DNA of 64,000 bases from Candidatus Hydrogenedentota bacterium (GTDB lineage: Bacteria; Hydrogenedentota; Hydrogenedentia; Hydrogenedentales; SLHB01), in assembly GCA_963745075.1 (NCBI GenBank), contig CAVUWV010000009.1, positions 224,001 to 288,000 of the forward strand, written 5' to 3'. The notes below the pieces were generated by a model. The model had not been told where the DNA came from, made no database searches, and saw only the letters and a list, made by a program, of their open reading frames with translations. A program made the translations under genes and the position numbers. Below are positions 8,728 through 19,234 of the stretch, piece by piece (the stretch's first letter is position 1; the number at the start of each line of letters is the position of its first letter).

Positions 8728-9996
8728 TCAACGAATAATCTCAGTCCGGTCCCGAAGCCTTTTCGACGCCGGGCTCCCTCGTCCCACCGGAATCGTCGCC
8801 TCCACGAATCGCACCTGCCGGCGGTTGCGGTCGTAGACGAAGACGAGTCTGCCGTCGAGGACGATGCCGTTGGGGTAGGCCAGCCAGCCGCCGTGGAGGA
8901 CGTCGGCCTTGATGGACCACGATGCCAGTTCGTCGTCGCTGATCCAAATAGAGAGGGGGTCGCGTTGAATCATCTTGCCGCGTTCACCGCACGCGTTGTG
9001 GAGCAGGACAATCCGCGAATCGTCCAGGCGCAGAAGCTGGATAGACGACGTAGGATTCGGGATATCCGTCTCCCACGCGTCCGTCCACGTGCGGCCATTG
9101 TCACTGCTTTCGGCCCGCCAGAGATACCCGGCGTTCTCCGCGCGCATGAGCATCACGATACGGCCATCATGGAGCTGCACGCAGGTCGGTTCCAGCAACC
9201 CCAGCGGGCGGTTTGCGATATGTCCGTATTCGGACAACCCTGTGCCATCCACATTGGATGTCACATAAACACTCGTTCCGTGGAGGTACGCGAGGAATTT
9301 CGGCCCGATTCCGGGATTCCCCTCCGCGGGTGGAACGGCCAAAGCTTCCGATTCCGTGGTTGTATCCAGCAGCGTACTCACGGAACCCGTCAGCGGTTTT
9401 GGACGTTGGTCAAAGAACGAACCCGCGAATAAGTAATCCCCATCGGCAAGACGAATAGGTCCGCCAATGGCGGCGTGGGTATCATGAACCACAAACGGTT
9501 CCGGTGCGCTCCACGTGTGGCCGTTATCCTTGGAGATCAGGCGCGAATAGAACCACTGCGTGTACTCCTTTTCCGAAGGCCACTGCGCCGCGAATGCGAT
9601 GAGCCGGCCGTCGCTCGTCGCCCACATCGCGGTGCACGCGCCCGCCATGTCCCCGGCCGCAATGAACACCTCGGGCGCGCTCCACGTCTTGCCCTTGTCC
9701 GTCGAGCGGGCCATCAGCACGTTGTTGTCCGTGGCCGGTTCCGTGCCACTGCCGGACAACCACCAGCAAAGCAAGTCGCCGTTGGGCGCTTCCCGGACGC
9801 ACGCGCCGCAAGCAAGACGGTACACGACCCCATCGTGCTCCCACCCGGCGTCGCCGTCGAAGACGACACGTTCCGTCACTGAAATCTGACTCGATGGTGC
9901 GGTGTCCGTTTGTGATGCTTCACCACCTGCGTGCGCGCAGAATACGAACGCAAACGAAATGAATAACGGGAGAATCTGGGCGGGCGCTCGAACCAT
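8728..9996 (-). CDS. Secreted sialidase-family (BNR/Asp-box) protein
   Basis: Asp-boxes STDKGKTWS, SKDNGHTWS, SSDNGRTWT, SDDELASW; EP and AYP motifs; signal peptide. Confidence 0.85.
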   Translation of the reverse strand: MVRAPAQILPLFISFAFVFCAHAGGEASQTDTAPSSQISVTERVVFDGDAGWEHDGVVYRLACGACVREAPNGDLLCWWLSGSGTEPATDNNVLMARSTDKGKTWSAPEVFIAAGDMAGACTAMWATSDGRLIAFAAQWPSEKEYTQWFYSRLISKDNGHTWSAPEPFVVHDTHAAIGGPIRLADGDYLFAGSFFDQRPKPLTGSVSTLLDTTTESEALAVPPAEGNPGIGPKFLAYLHGTSVYVTSNVDGTGLSEYGHIANRPLGLLEPTCVQLHDGRIVMLMRAENAGYLWRAESSDNGRTWTDAWETDIPNPTSSIQLLRLDDSRIVLLHNACGERGKMIQRDPLSIWISDDELASWSIKADVLHGGWLAYPNGIVLDGRLVFVYDRNRRQVRFVEATIPVGRGSPASKRLRDRTEIIR

Positions 9997-10956
9997 CTAT
10001 TGCGTCATCCTCTCGGATGTTCCCTCGTGGATTTTCGGACGGTAGAGGTCGCGCAATGCGTCCGCCACGGCCGGGAACTCGAATTCAAATTCTTCCTCCC
10101 GCAGACGGCGTGAGACGCAGTACCGGCCATAGAGCGCAAGATCCGGATCGGTTCGCATTACCAGCGGCGCGCCCAGACGAACCATCCAGGCCGCGGCGGG
10201 TAGGCCGAAAGGCACCCCGAGAATCCGTCTCAGTTCACGCATAAACTCCGCATTAGAAACCGGCTCCGGTGCAGTAGCCAGGTACGCTCCCCGCATGCCG
10301 TCATCCGTTATCGCGCGTACGAAAAGCCGGTTCATATCGTGTTCGTGTATCCAACTGATGCCTTGCCGGCCGTGGCCCACCTTTCCGCCCAACCCCCACC
10401 GAGCCAATGTCGCCAACCGTGGCAAGGCGCCGCCGCTACGTCCCAGCACGAAACTGGTCCGTAGAATCACTTGCCGCATCTGTGGGAGTACCGCGCGAGC
10501 AAACGCTTCCTCCCAGGCTTGGCCGACGAACGGTGCGAGCCCGTAGCCGAACGCCGAGTCCTCATCGCACACGCGGTCGGGGGGATCGCCATAGCGGTGC
10601 GCGGTCGACATCTGAACCCAAATCGGTGGAGGAGACTGAATCTCCCGAAGGGCTTGGCCGAGCACTTTCGTTGCCTCGACGCGGGAGCGCAGGATTTCGT
10701 CGCAGTGATCGGGGGTCTTGATGCAGTCCACCGTTCTTCCGACCAGATTCACCAACGCCGCGGCCCCATCGAGAACGCTCGCCCAATCTCCTGGACTGTG
10801 GCCGTCCCACGTGACGTGCCGCCATCGCGAATCTACCTCGGGCCGATTGCGCGAAAGCAACACTACGTCGCACCCGAACGCGGCAAGATGACGTGCCAGA
10901 TTCAATCCCAGGAAGCCCGTACCGCCGGCTATCACGATTCGTCCCGAGGGATCCAA
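9997..10956 (-). CDS. TIGR01777-family NAD-dependent epimerase/oxidoreductase (DUF1731)
   Basis: [27 protein letters not shown] start with GGAG 7 nt upstream. Confidence 0.88.
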   Translation of the reverse strand: MDPSGRIVIAGGTGFLGLNLARHLAAFGCDVVLLSRNRPEVDSRWRHVTWDGHSPGDWASVLDGAAALVNLVGRTVDCIKTPDHCDEILRSRVEATKVLGQALREIQSPPPIWVQMSTAHRYGDPPDRVCDEDSAFGYGLAPFVGQAWEEAFARAVLPQMRQVILRTSFVLGRSGGALPRLATLARWGLGGKVGHGRQGISWIHEHDMNRLFVRAITDDGMRGAYLATAPEPVSNAEFMRELRRILGVPFGLPAAAWMVRLGAPLVMRTDPDLALYGRYCVSRRLREEEFEFEFPAVADALRDLYRPKIHEGTSERMTQ

Positions 10957-11066
10957 TTCATAGCTCCTACAACTCTAAAGTGTCACTTCATAGCTTCACG
11001 ACAAACTTCTCTGTCCCGACTGATTCAACGAGTCCTTCCACGGATAGTCCGTGACATCCCGCACCG

Positions 11067-11933
11067 TCACACCAGCGCAAACACCGGCGTGCTTTGGCTG
11101 CGAGTGTCCTCAAGAACGGTGGCAACGCCTGCTTCCGAAATGCCCAGCTTGGCCCAGATCTCCTGGTTGGCCAAGTTCTGCATCTTCTCCTCGGGAATCT
11201 CCGCCAAGTCCAACAACTCGGCTACGAGTTCGGCGACCCGCACAGCCTCGGCGGTTGTCTGGGCGTCCGGTGTGGCACGGTCCGGCTGGTTGTGCCACGT
11301 GACCGCATGCACGATAGTCTCCGGCAAATTCCAGTTCTCGAGCAATAGCCCACCAACCTGCCCGTGATCGAGCCCGAGGACCTCCCGTTCCGTGTCGGCC
11401 CAGGACACGTTCCCGCTTTCCGCCGCCGCTTCGACTTGGTCGTAGGCCTCCGCGAAACACTGGTCAAGGAGGAGCAACCCCACGTCATGAAGCAAACCGG
11501 CGATGTACGCGTCTTCCTCGAAGAGCGACGCGGACTGGGTCGCGGAGCGCGCCATGACGCGCCCGGCCACGGCCGTCGCCAAACTGTGGCGCCAGAAATG
11601 TTGGGGGTCCACGCGGCGAGCCAGTTTCCCAAAGGCGCGGATGAAAGCCGCCGCCGACACGACTTGGTGCACTTCCCGGAAGCCCAGCCGCACGATGGCG
11701 TCGCGAATGGAGACAATCGTCCCCGAAACGCTGCTGTAGAACATGGCCGAGTTCGCCACGCGAAGAACGTTGGCCGCGATGGCCGGGTCTTCCTCGATAA
11801 CGATGCCCACTTCCTCGGCGCTCACGGTGTCGCTGTGCAACATCCGCTCCAGTTCCATGATGATCGCAGGCAGCGTCGGCAAGTCTTCGATCGCACTCAG
11901 TTTCGCGGTAAGTTCATCTTGAAACGAGTCCAT
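11067..11933 (-). CDS. Stand-alone HDOD-domain protein
   Basis: LPTLP, DPAIAANVLRVANSA, FWRHS, AGLLHDVG, DHGQVG..LLENWNLP. Confidence 0.92.
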   Translation of the reverse strand: MDSFQDELTAKLSAIEDLPTLPAIIMELERMLHSDTVSAEEVGIVIEEDPAIAANVLRVANSAMFYSSVSGTIVSIRDAIVRLGFREVHQVVSAAAFIRAFGKLARRVDPQHFWRHSLATAVAGRVMARSATQSASLFEEDAYIAGLLHDVGLLLLDQCFAEAYDQVEAAAESGNVSWADTEREVLGLDHGQVGGLLLENWNLPETIVHAVTWHNQPDRATPDAQTTAEAVRVAELVAELLDLAEIPEEKMQNLANQEIWAKLGISEAGVATVLEDTRSQSTPVFALV

Positions 11934-12241
11934 ACATATTCCCTCTTTCCAGCCTTACAATACACAAAAACTCTGCCCGTAGCTAAATGCGGGTACGTGG
12001 GAACATCCCAAGGCAAACGCACTAGAATTGTCCATGTCGCGTCGGTTTGACGAGTTTATGCCGGGCGCTCCCAGTTTGGCACAACCCGATCTATTTGCGA
12101 GGTTATTTCGTGCGAATGCCATGGGGGACACCGCCATCCAACGCCGTCGTCTCCGGCATCGTGGTAAACTTGAGTGTGGGTCCGTCGCTGGACCCCAAAA
12201 CCGCTGCCAAGACACGCACCTCAACACATAGGAGTCTTGTC

Positions 12242-12604
12242 ATGGTTGAGCCAATTCCCAATCTTCCCGATAACGTTCTCGGTTTTACTGCCAAAGGAAC
12301 GGTTACGGCAAACGACTACGATTCCGTCATCATTCCGGCGGTGGAGGAAATGTTCTCCACGCAGGGCAAAGTCCGGTTCCTGTATCACCTGGGCGAAAGC
12401 TTCGAAGGATTCGAAGCCGGCGCCATGTGGGATGACACGAAGTTGGGTCTGAAGCACATTACCGGCTGGGAGAAAATGGCCCTGGTATCGGACGTCACCT
12501 GGCTTCGCGGCGCACTCAAGATCTTCGGGTTGGCGATCCCGGGGCACGTTCGCGTGTTTCACAACAACGAACTCGCTGAAGCCAAGCAGTGGGTCAGCGA
12601 ATAG
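12242..12604 (+). CDS. SpoIIAA-like STAS/SEC14 protein
   Basis: GTVTANDY, AMWDD, ALVSD..W, AKQW motifs; GGAG RBS before ATG 12242. Confidence 0.88.
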   Translation: MVEPIPNLPDNVLGFTAKGTVTANDYDSVIIPAVEEMFSTQGKVRFLYHLGESFEGFEAGAMWDDTKLGLKHITGWEKMALVSDVTWLRGALKIFGLAIPGHVRVFHNNELAEAKQWVSE

Positions 12605-12768
12605 GCGGTATCGTACGAGAACCACCTGAGTCACGAGGTGTCCCGACTAATATCGATCCCGGAGGTTGCCTCGGCTTTAGTGAAATCGACAATTTGCCAT
12701 AATTTGCCGGTTCGCGAGCCAAGATATTCCCCCGTTCGGCGTGCACAGCCCGTACTGGAGATAATTTC

Positions 12769-12797
12769 TTGACAGACGATCTGCGCCTGTCTAGAAT
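12769..12797 (+). promoter_or_regulatory. sigma70 promoter of the zinc-ribbon/TPR operon
   Basis: TTGACA-17 bp-TAGAAT; a second TATAAT at 12804-12809. Confidence 0.75.
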
Positions 12798-12866
12798 TTG
12801 GGGTATAATGAATGGGCGGGAGCGTTTGCGACCGGATTGACGCCCAAGGGCATGGAGCGAAACGGG

Positions 12867-13034
12867 ATGCCAGGGATCACCTATGTCGCCGTCATGCTGG
12901 GCGCTATCGTGTTGATCGCCGTTATGGTAATACCGTCTCTGTTGCATAAGAAATGCCAGAAGTGCGGCACGAGGAATTCACTTGACGCCAAGCTCTGCTC
13001 AAGCTGCGGGGAGCCGTTCCCGACGGAAGGTTGA
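12867..13034 (+). CDS. Small membrane-anchored zinc-ribbon protein
   Basis: 55 aa: TM helix then CQKCG-x8-CSSCG; GGAG upstream. Confidence 0.75.
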   Translation: MPGITYVAVMLGAIVLIAVMVIPSLLHKKCQKCGTRNSLDAKLCSSCGEPFPTEG

Positions 13035-13100
13035 TTGACGGTTTTCCAGGAGAAGAGGCTTGGCGTTTTGGGGGCGCGCGGACGCCCGTAAACCTATGAG

Positions 13101-14711
13101 GTGAACATCGTGGCAACTATGATCAACTGCCCCTACTGCGGCAAACTCACCGACCCTCAACTGGACAGTTGCGTTCATTGCGGTGGGTTCTTGAAGAAGC
13201 AGTCGGGGCGGCCCCAGCGGAAATCCTCGGCTCCCAGCCAAACCTGTCCATCGTGCGGCGCGCTGGTCCGCGACGGGGACATTATCTGCGTCGCATGCGG
13301 CACCAACCTTCTCACCGGTCAGAAAATCGCCGAAGAGCGAAAGAAGGGGGCGGTCGTCGAGTCCAAGAACCCGACTACCCTTATCATTTCTGCGATCGTT
13401 GCGATCATCATCGTCGTGCTGGGGATTCTAGTGATTGTGTATTTGACCCGCGATCCGGTGGCACGGGCGAAAAAACTGGACGAAGCGGGCCGTACTACGG
13501 AGGCGATTAGCCTGCTCGAAGCCCATGTATCCAAGAAGCCGGACGATGCGCGCGCCCAGTATGAACTTGGAAGCCTGTACTGGGAACTCGGCAATTTCCA
13601 GCCCGCGGCCCAGGCGTTTAAGACTGCGTTGGAGAAAGACCCTTCAAATCGTAAGGCGGGGATCTTCGCCGTTCTTAGCTACGCGCAGCTTAAGGGCGAT
13701 ACCAGCCGGACCGCACAAATCGCGATCCTGGAGGATATGGTCCGGCACGATCCCAACGACACCAAGGCCCTTTATTTGCTCGGTTTGGCCCGAGGAACTA
13801 CAGGAGACTATCTGGGGCAGGTCGACGCGTTGCGCCAAGCCACGGAGAAAGCGCCGTCCGACGCCGCGATAGAAGCGGCCCTTGGCGTCGGATTGGCCCT
13901 CGACCACCAGTACCCCGATGCGGAACAGGAATTGAAAGCCGCGCTCGCGCAAGACCCCGGCAACGGCGATATCCTCGCGGCGATGGGCCACCTGTCGGCA
14001 TTGCGCGGCGACGGGCCGACCGCCGCCGAGCAGTTGCGTTCCGCCGTGAATGACGGCACGTCGCTTGAAGGTAGCGCCTTGACCCGCTTGGGGTTGCTCG
14101 CGCTGCAGAACGGAAAAATGCCCGAAGCGCGCGTGCTGTTCGGCGAGGCTGTTGATAAGGGCGCTGACGATCCCGTGACCCGCTACTTCCAGGCCGTGTG
14201 CCTTGCCCAGCAAGGGCTCAGTGACGGCGCCATCAAGGCGTTCGATGAGTTGTCGCAATCCTCGGGACCGTTCGCCACAAGAGCGGCCATCCAATTGGCG
14301 CGGCTGCAATTGAAAAACCAGGATCCGGACAAGGCGCTGGAGGCCCTGAATCGAGTTACAGCCAATCTGTCCGGCACGCCGTGCGCCGAATTGGAAACGG
14401 TTCGTGGGCGTGTGTATTCCGCGCTCGGCGAAATGGATACCGCGCTTGATGCGTTTCGGAAAGCCGGCCAGTGCGACCCCAACTATCCGCCGGTTCATCT
14501 CGAAAACGGATTGGTCCAGGTTCAACGGAATAACCTGCCCGAAGGGATCCGTGAACTCCAACGATACATCGACTTAGTCAATCCGGACGATCCCAATTCC
14601 GGAGCCGGCCAAGTCCGCGGTTTGATCGAGCAGCTCAAGCAATCGGCGCATTCCGAAGCACCGGCAACCAGCGCGTCCGCGGTGCCCGTTACGCAAGGAG
14701 GCAACTCATGA
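13101..14711 (+). CDS. Double zinc-ribbon + TM + TPR-repeat protein
   Basis: Four CxxCG motifs, one TM helix, then about 10 TPR-like repeats; exact start uncertain. Confidence 0.85.
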   Translation: MNIVATMINCPYCGKLTDPQLDSCVHCGGFLKKQSGRPQRKSSAPSQTCPSCGALVRDGDIICVACGTNLLTGQKIAEERKKGAVVESKNPTTLIISAIVAIIIVVLGILVIVYLTRDPVARAKKLDEAGRTTEAISLLEAHVSKKPDDARAQYELGSLYWELGNFQPAAQAFKTALEKDPSNRKAGIFAVLSYAQLKGDTSRTAQIAILEDMVRHDPNDTKALYLLGLARGTTGDYLGQVDALRQATEKAPSDAAIEAALGVGLALDHQYPDAEQELKAALAQDPGNGDILAAMGHLSALRGDGPTAAEQLRSAVNDGTSLEGSALTRLGLLALQNGKMPEARVLFGEAVDKGADDPVTRYFQAVCLAQQGLSDGAIKAFDELSQSSGPFATRAAIQLARLQLKNQDPDKALEALNRVTANLSGTPCAELETVRGRVYSALGEMDTALDAFRKAGQCDPNYPPVHLENGLVQVQRNNLPEGIRELQRYIDLVNPDDPNSGAGQVRGLIEQLKQSAHSEAPATSASAVPVTQGGNS

Positions 14712-16141
14712 ATTGGAGCCGCCCAATCGTCATCGTTACCGCTGTGACACTCGTCGCGCTGCCCACGGCGCTCGCGTGGGGTCCGAAGGCAAGCGTCGCC
14801 ATCGTCACGACGGCTTCCCGGCTGATATCGAAACAATCGGGCGTTCCGCTCGCCAATTTGGGCAAAGACGTCCAGCGCGGCGCATCCTTGTCCCAAAGTG
14901 AAATCGCGGACCTGATTCCCGGCGCGGATATGAACCCCGTCAACGCCATCGAATCGGAGATGTACCTGCTTGAAGCCGTACGTGGTTCGCGCGTCGATCC
15001 GTATTTTGCCTATCGCTTGGGCGCACTCGGCTCCCTGGTCGCCGAGGTGACGACGCCACTTCACGACGCGAACCCCACCTACCGCAATCTCTACTACGCG
15101 GACGTGGAGGCAAACATCAATCAAGCTACGCTTCAGAGTAAACCTCGAGTATCCGTTGATCCGGCCTCCTATTTCGCCGAAGCCGTCGGCAAAGCTCGGG
15201 ACCGTGCCGATCTCATCGTCAGCGACTACAAGGCGGGCATCGGATTCAAAGGTGTCGCGGGCACCGCCCTCTCCGAAGACGCGAGCCGTTCCGTGAATGC
15301 CGTCGCCGATGTGATGCTGACAGTTCTGCGGGGAAGCGTGACGGTTACGAACATCTCGCAAAACCAGATTCGTAATTACGTTCTGGACGCCATTCGGTTC
15401 TACATCGACCGCGATAACGACGCGGAGACGGAAGCGGCCTACGCCAAGCTGATGGACCTCGGCGTCACGACCGTGGATCTGCAGAAGCAAATCGGCGACA
15501 TGTTCTACGACGCCGGCAAATACGACCGCGCGATGAAAGAATACAAAGCGGTGCTGGAAAAGGCGCCGTCGCGGCGCGATGTCATCGAGCGGATCGCTGA
15601 TTACTACGTCCATGAAGGCGACGCGGCCCTAGCGGACAATGAACTCGAAGACGCGTTGAAGGCTTACAACGATGCGCTCGCTGTCGATATGCTGCATCCC
15701 ACGGCACAGTCGAAGAAGCTCGAAACGCAGGGCATGATCGCCGAACGCGACGCCCGTCAGCAAGCGGCGCAGAAAGCCAATACCAAGGGCGACGACTTGG
15801 TGCGCCAGGCCGATCAGTTGATCTTCAAGCAGGATTTCACCGATGCGTTAAGCCTGTTGCAACAGGCCAAAACCAGCTACGGCGAAGTCACCGACGAATT
15901 TCCCGACGAAGCCCGGAAATCGCGCGCCGGATTGTTGCAGGTCGCCCAGCGCATCAACACGCTGCAACGCGATGTTGTGTCGAATGCGGGCAGTTTGAGC
16001 GGCCTCGGTGCTTCGGCGACCATCGGCACGGAAGCGGAAGAAGCTGCAAAGTCCGTTGATGAATCGGCGCTGCAGCAGATGGTCCAAACCCGGTTCCAGG
16101 CGGAATTGGATAAGCTTCGGGCCGAAAACACGACCGAATAA
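14708..16141 (+). CDS. Secreted protein with degenerate S1-P1/zinc-PLC-like N-domain and TPR C-domain
   Basis: Signal peptide ALA|WG; LGALGSLVAEVTTPLH; TPR-like repeats; ATGA overlap with upstream gene. Confidence 0.7.
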   Translation: MNWSRPIVIVTAVTLVALPTALAWGPKASVAIVTTASRLISKQSGVPLANLGKDVQRGASLSQSEIADLIPGADMNPVNAIESEMYLLEAVRGSRVDPYFAYRLGALGSLVAEVTTPLHDANPTYRNLYYADVEANINQATLQSKPRVSVDPASYFAEAVGKARDRADLIVSDYKAGIGFKGVAGTALSEDASRSVNAVADVMLTVLRGSVTVTNISQNQIRNYVLDAIRFYIDRDNDAETEAAYAKLMDLGVTTVDLQKQIGDMFYDAGKYDRAMKEYKAVLEKAPSRRDVIERIADYYVHEGDAALADNELEDALKAYNDALAVDMLHPTAQSKKLETQGMIAERDARQQAAQKANTKGDDLVRQADQLIFKQDFTDALSLLQQAKTSYGEVTDEFPDEARKSRAGLLQVAQRINTLQRDVVSNAGSLSGLGASATIGTEAEEAAKSVDESALQQMVQTRFQAELDKLRAENTTE

Positions 16142-16329
16142 GACGTCCGGTCCCAAAGTACATACCGCAATGCGAGAGGCGGCAGAAATGCCGCCTCTAT
16201 TCTTCCCCTTCTGCCGGGCGCTGACAATCGCTTCCCACAATTGCGCGGCCCCGCCATTGCATTTATCCCTCGGGGTCCCTAGTATTCCTTTCAAACTGTG
16301 ATCGCGGTGGTCATTGGGAGTCCGTACCT

Positions 16330-17979
16330 ATGCGTTTTAAGAATCGATATCTCCTCCTCACACTGGTCTTGACCCTGGTCCCCGTCGGCCTTGCCCAGAT
16401 GCAGCCAACCCAGACTTTGATGGTTCCCATGCAGGATGGCGTCAAACTCGCGACCGATGTCTACCTGCCCGAGGGCGACGGTCCGTTTCCCGTCGTCCTG
16501 ACGCGCACCTACTACCCGCGCACGCTGGGCGGGTCCTTTGGCGCAGTCTTTACCGGCAAAGGGTTGGCCTTCGTCATCCAGGACAATCGCGGCCGTGGTG
16601 ACAGCGAAGGGGAAGACCGCGTATTCGCCGACGATGGGTGGGGAAAACGAGAGGACGGGCTCGACACGGTAAACTGGATTCGGAAGCAGGAATGGTGCAA
16701 CGGCGACGTTGGCACCTTCGGCATGTCGGCATTGGCCATCACGCAATATCTGCTCGCCGGGACCGGCGTTGATCTGGAAGCCCAGGTAATCTGGGCCGGT
16801 TCCAGCGACTTCTACGGACAACTCTCCTACCGGGGCGGCGTTTTCCGGAAAAGCATGGTCGAAGGTTGGACCGCCGCAAACAAGTCGTCCCAAATCCTCC
16901 CCGAGTGGAAAGCCCATCCGTCGCGCGACGCGTTCTGGCAGGGGTTTGATTCGAACGCCCGCGCGGCCGAAGCCACGGCGCCTGCGCTCCACATCGGCGG
17001 CTGGTGGGACATTTTCGCCCAGGGCACCATCGATGCCTTTGTGGCGCGCCAGCATCACGGCGGCGACGGCGCGAAGGGCACGCAGCGTCTGGTCATGGGC
17101 GCCTGGACTCACGGCGGCGCGCCCCAAGACAAAGCCGGGGAGTTGCCGTTACAACCGAACTGGAAATTCGATTTCAACGGCGCGTCGATGACTTTTCTCG
17201 ATCATTATCTGCTGGGCGGCGAATCCGAAATCGCGGACGGCCCCGCCGTTCGGTACTACACCGTCGGCGATACCTCCGACCCCGACGCCCCCGGCAACGA
17301 ATGGCGAACCGCCAATGACTGGCCGCCCTTCGAGACCGTCGAGACGCCGCTGTACCTGGCCCCCGGCAAGACCTTGACCCGCGAACAGCCCGCGCAAGCC
17401 GAGCCCATCGCATACACCTTCGATCCCGCCAACCCCTGTCCCACCGTGGGCGGCTGCAATCTGATCTTACCCGCGGGCTCTTTCGACCAACGAAAACTCG
17501 CGGAGCGATCCGATGTATTGACGTTTGCGACCGAACCCCTCGATGCGCCCCTCGAAATCACCGGCCGCGTCAAGGTGCGCTTGTTCGTATCGTCCGACGC
17601 CCCCGACACCGACTTCACCGCCAAGCTCGTCGACATCTATCCCGACGGCCGGGCCATGTCCATGCTGGACGGTATCCAACGCGTGAAATACCGCAACGGA
17701 TTCGAGAAACCCGACCCCCTCGCCCCCGGAACCGTCAGTGAACTCGAGATCGACCTCTGGTCCATCAGCCTTATCGTCAACAAAGGCCACCGGATCGGCC
17801 TTTACGTCTCCAGCAGCAACTACCCCGCCTACGAAGTCAACCCCAACACCGGCGCTGACTTCCCCACCGAAGGCGGCGAACTCCGCAAAGCCGTGAACAC
17901 CGTCTACATGGACGCCGACCACCCCAGCGTCCTGCTGCTGCCGGTGCGACCCCAAGAGACGAAAGTCGCCAAGAAATAA
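16330..17979 (+). CDS. CocE/NonD-family serine hydrolase
   Basis: MQDGVKLATDVYLP, QDNRGRGDSEG, GMSA, GGWWD, GAWTH, PepX-like C-domain; signal peptide. Confidence 0.92.
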   Translation: MRFKNRYLLLTLVLTLVPVGLAQMQPTQTLMVPMQDGVKLATDVYLPEGDGPFPVVLTRTYYPRTLGGSFGAVFTGKGLAFVIQDNRGRGDSEGEDRVFADDGWGKREDGLDTVNWIRKQEWCNGDVGTFGMSALAITQYLLAGTGVDLEAQVIWAGSSDFYGQLSYRGGVFRKSMVEGWTAANKSSQILPEWKAHPSRDAFWQGFDSNARAAEATAPALHIGGWWDIFAQGTIDAFVARQHHGGDGAKGTQRLVMGAWTHGGAPQDKAGELPLQPNWKFDFNGASMTFLDHYLLGGESEIADGPAVRYYTVGDTSDPDAPGNEWRTANDWPPFETVETPLYLAPGKTLTREQPAQAEPIAYTFDPANPCPTVGGCNLILPAGSFDQRKLAERSDVLTFATEPLDAPLEITGRVKVRLFVSSDAPDTDFTAKLVDIYPDGRAMSMLDGIQRVKYRNGFEKPDPLAPGTVSELEIDLWSISLIVNKGHRIGLYVSSSNYPAYEVNPNTGADFPTEGGELRKAVNTVYMDADHPSVLLLPVRPQETKVAKK

Positions 17980-17999
17980 GGAAAGGATCACGCTACCGC

Positions 18000-18079
18000 G
18001 TAATTCTGAGCGCCAGCGAAGATTCTCATGGCAGTCGGGCGCAGGCGTAAAGAGTTTCTTCGCTGGTGCTCAGAATGAC
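18000..18079. repeat. Palindromic REP-like doublet
   Basis: GTAATTCTGAGCGCCAGCGAAGATTCTC ... GAGTTTCTTCGCTGGTGCTCAGAATGAC imperfect IR. Confidence 0.8.
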
Positions 18080-18340
18080 GGACAAAGCGCAGTCGAACGA
18101 CGAGCTCACTGGGACCGCCAGGCACCGGCCTTGCTCTTCATCCTCCCCCCGTTCACGGGGGGGGGGAACAGAGGGGCTTCTCCCCAAAGCCGATGAAATC
18201 TCACCAGAGTCTCTACCTAACCGGTCAACCCGAAACCGTACTTTTGGGGCTGCCTTCAGGGTGTTCCTCCGTGCTCGCGCGGTCGCCGACCGCGCGATTC
18301 AGTGTACTTGGTCGTGCAACGGCACTACAGAGGTCGACTC

Positions 18341-19138
18341 CTACAGATTCTCCCGCGCGTAGGCGACGGCGTTGCGGAAGACTTGGAGACCTGCGCCTTC
18401 TTCGGGGAGGTTTTCGCGGTACCAGCGGGGATGGTGGTGGCGGTCGATGTAGGCTTCCGGGTGGGGCATGAGGCCGAAGATTCGGCCCGTGGCGTCGCAG
18501 ATGCCGGCGATGTCGTCCTGGGAACCGTTGGGATTGTCCGGGAACTCGCCGTGGGCGGGTTCGCCGTCGTGGCGGCAGTAGCGCAACGCAACGTGACCAC
18601 CCGCCTTCAACGTGTCCAGGACCGACGCGTCCCGCGTCACGAACTTGCCTTCGCCGTGGCGGATGGGGAGTTCCAGCCGCGCAATATCCTTCAGCCACAC
18701 GCATTTCGTGTTCGGATCGCGTTTCAACGAGACCCACCGATCCTCGAACCGGCCGGAATCGTTGTGCGTCAGCGTGACTTCCTGTTTGAAGCCCCCGTTC
18801 AACATGGGGAGCATACCCATTTTCACGAGCACCTGGAACCCGTTGCAGATTCCGATGACGAGCTTGCCGTCGTCGACGAACTTCCGCAGGTGTTCCCCCA
18901 AGGCATAGCGCAGCCGATTCGCCAGGATGCGCCCCGACGCCACGTCGTCGCCAAAGGAAAATCCGCCCGGCACCGCGAGGATGGCGTACCGCTCCAGATT
19001 CTCCGGCGCTTCCCGGACGTCGTTCAGGTGCACGCGCTCCGCCTTGGCTCCCGCCACGGACAGCGCGTGCGCCGTCTCGTTATCGCAGTTAATCCCGAAT
19101 CCCGTCAGAACCAGTGCATGTACAGTCTTTTTTGACAA
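18341..19138 (-). CDS. purQ: Phosphoribosylformylglycinamidine synthase, glutaminase subunit
   Basis: GINCDNE, PGGFSFGDD, GICNGFQ, HGEG, NPNGS, GLMPHPE; probable TTG start (MSKKT). Confidence 0.95.
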   Translation of the reverse strand: MSKKTVHALVLTGFGINCDNETAHALSVAGAKAERVHLNDVREAPENLERYAILAVPGGFSFGDDVASGRILANRLRYALGEHLRKFVDDGKLVIGICNGFQVLVKMGMLPMLNGGFKQEVTLTHNDSGRFEDRWVSLKRDPNTKCVWLKDIARLELPIRHGEGKFVTRDASVLDTLKAGGHVALRYCRHDGEPAHGEFPDNPNGSQDDIAGICDATGRIFGLMPHPEAYIDRHHHPRWYRENLPEEGAGLQVFRNAVAYARENL

Positions 19139-19234
19139 GGTGCGTTCTTTCCCTAACTCGGAGTTGAACCAATACGCTTCGGCGCGGCGAGATTCCACGG
19201 GACGATACCAATTCGGCGTCCTCGCGTAAGTGTT

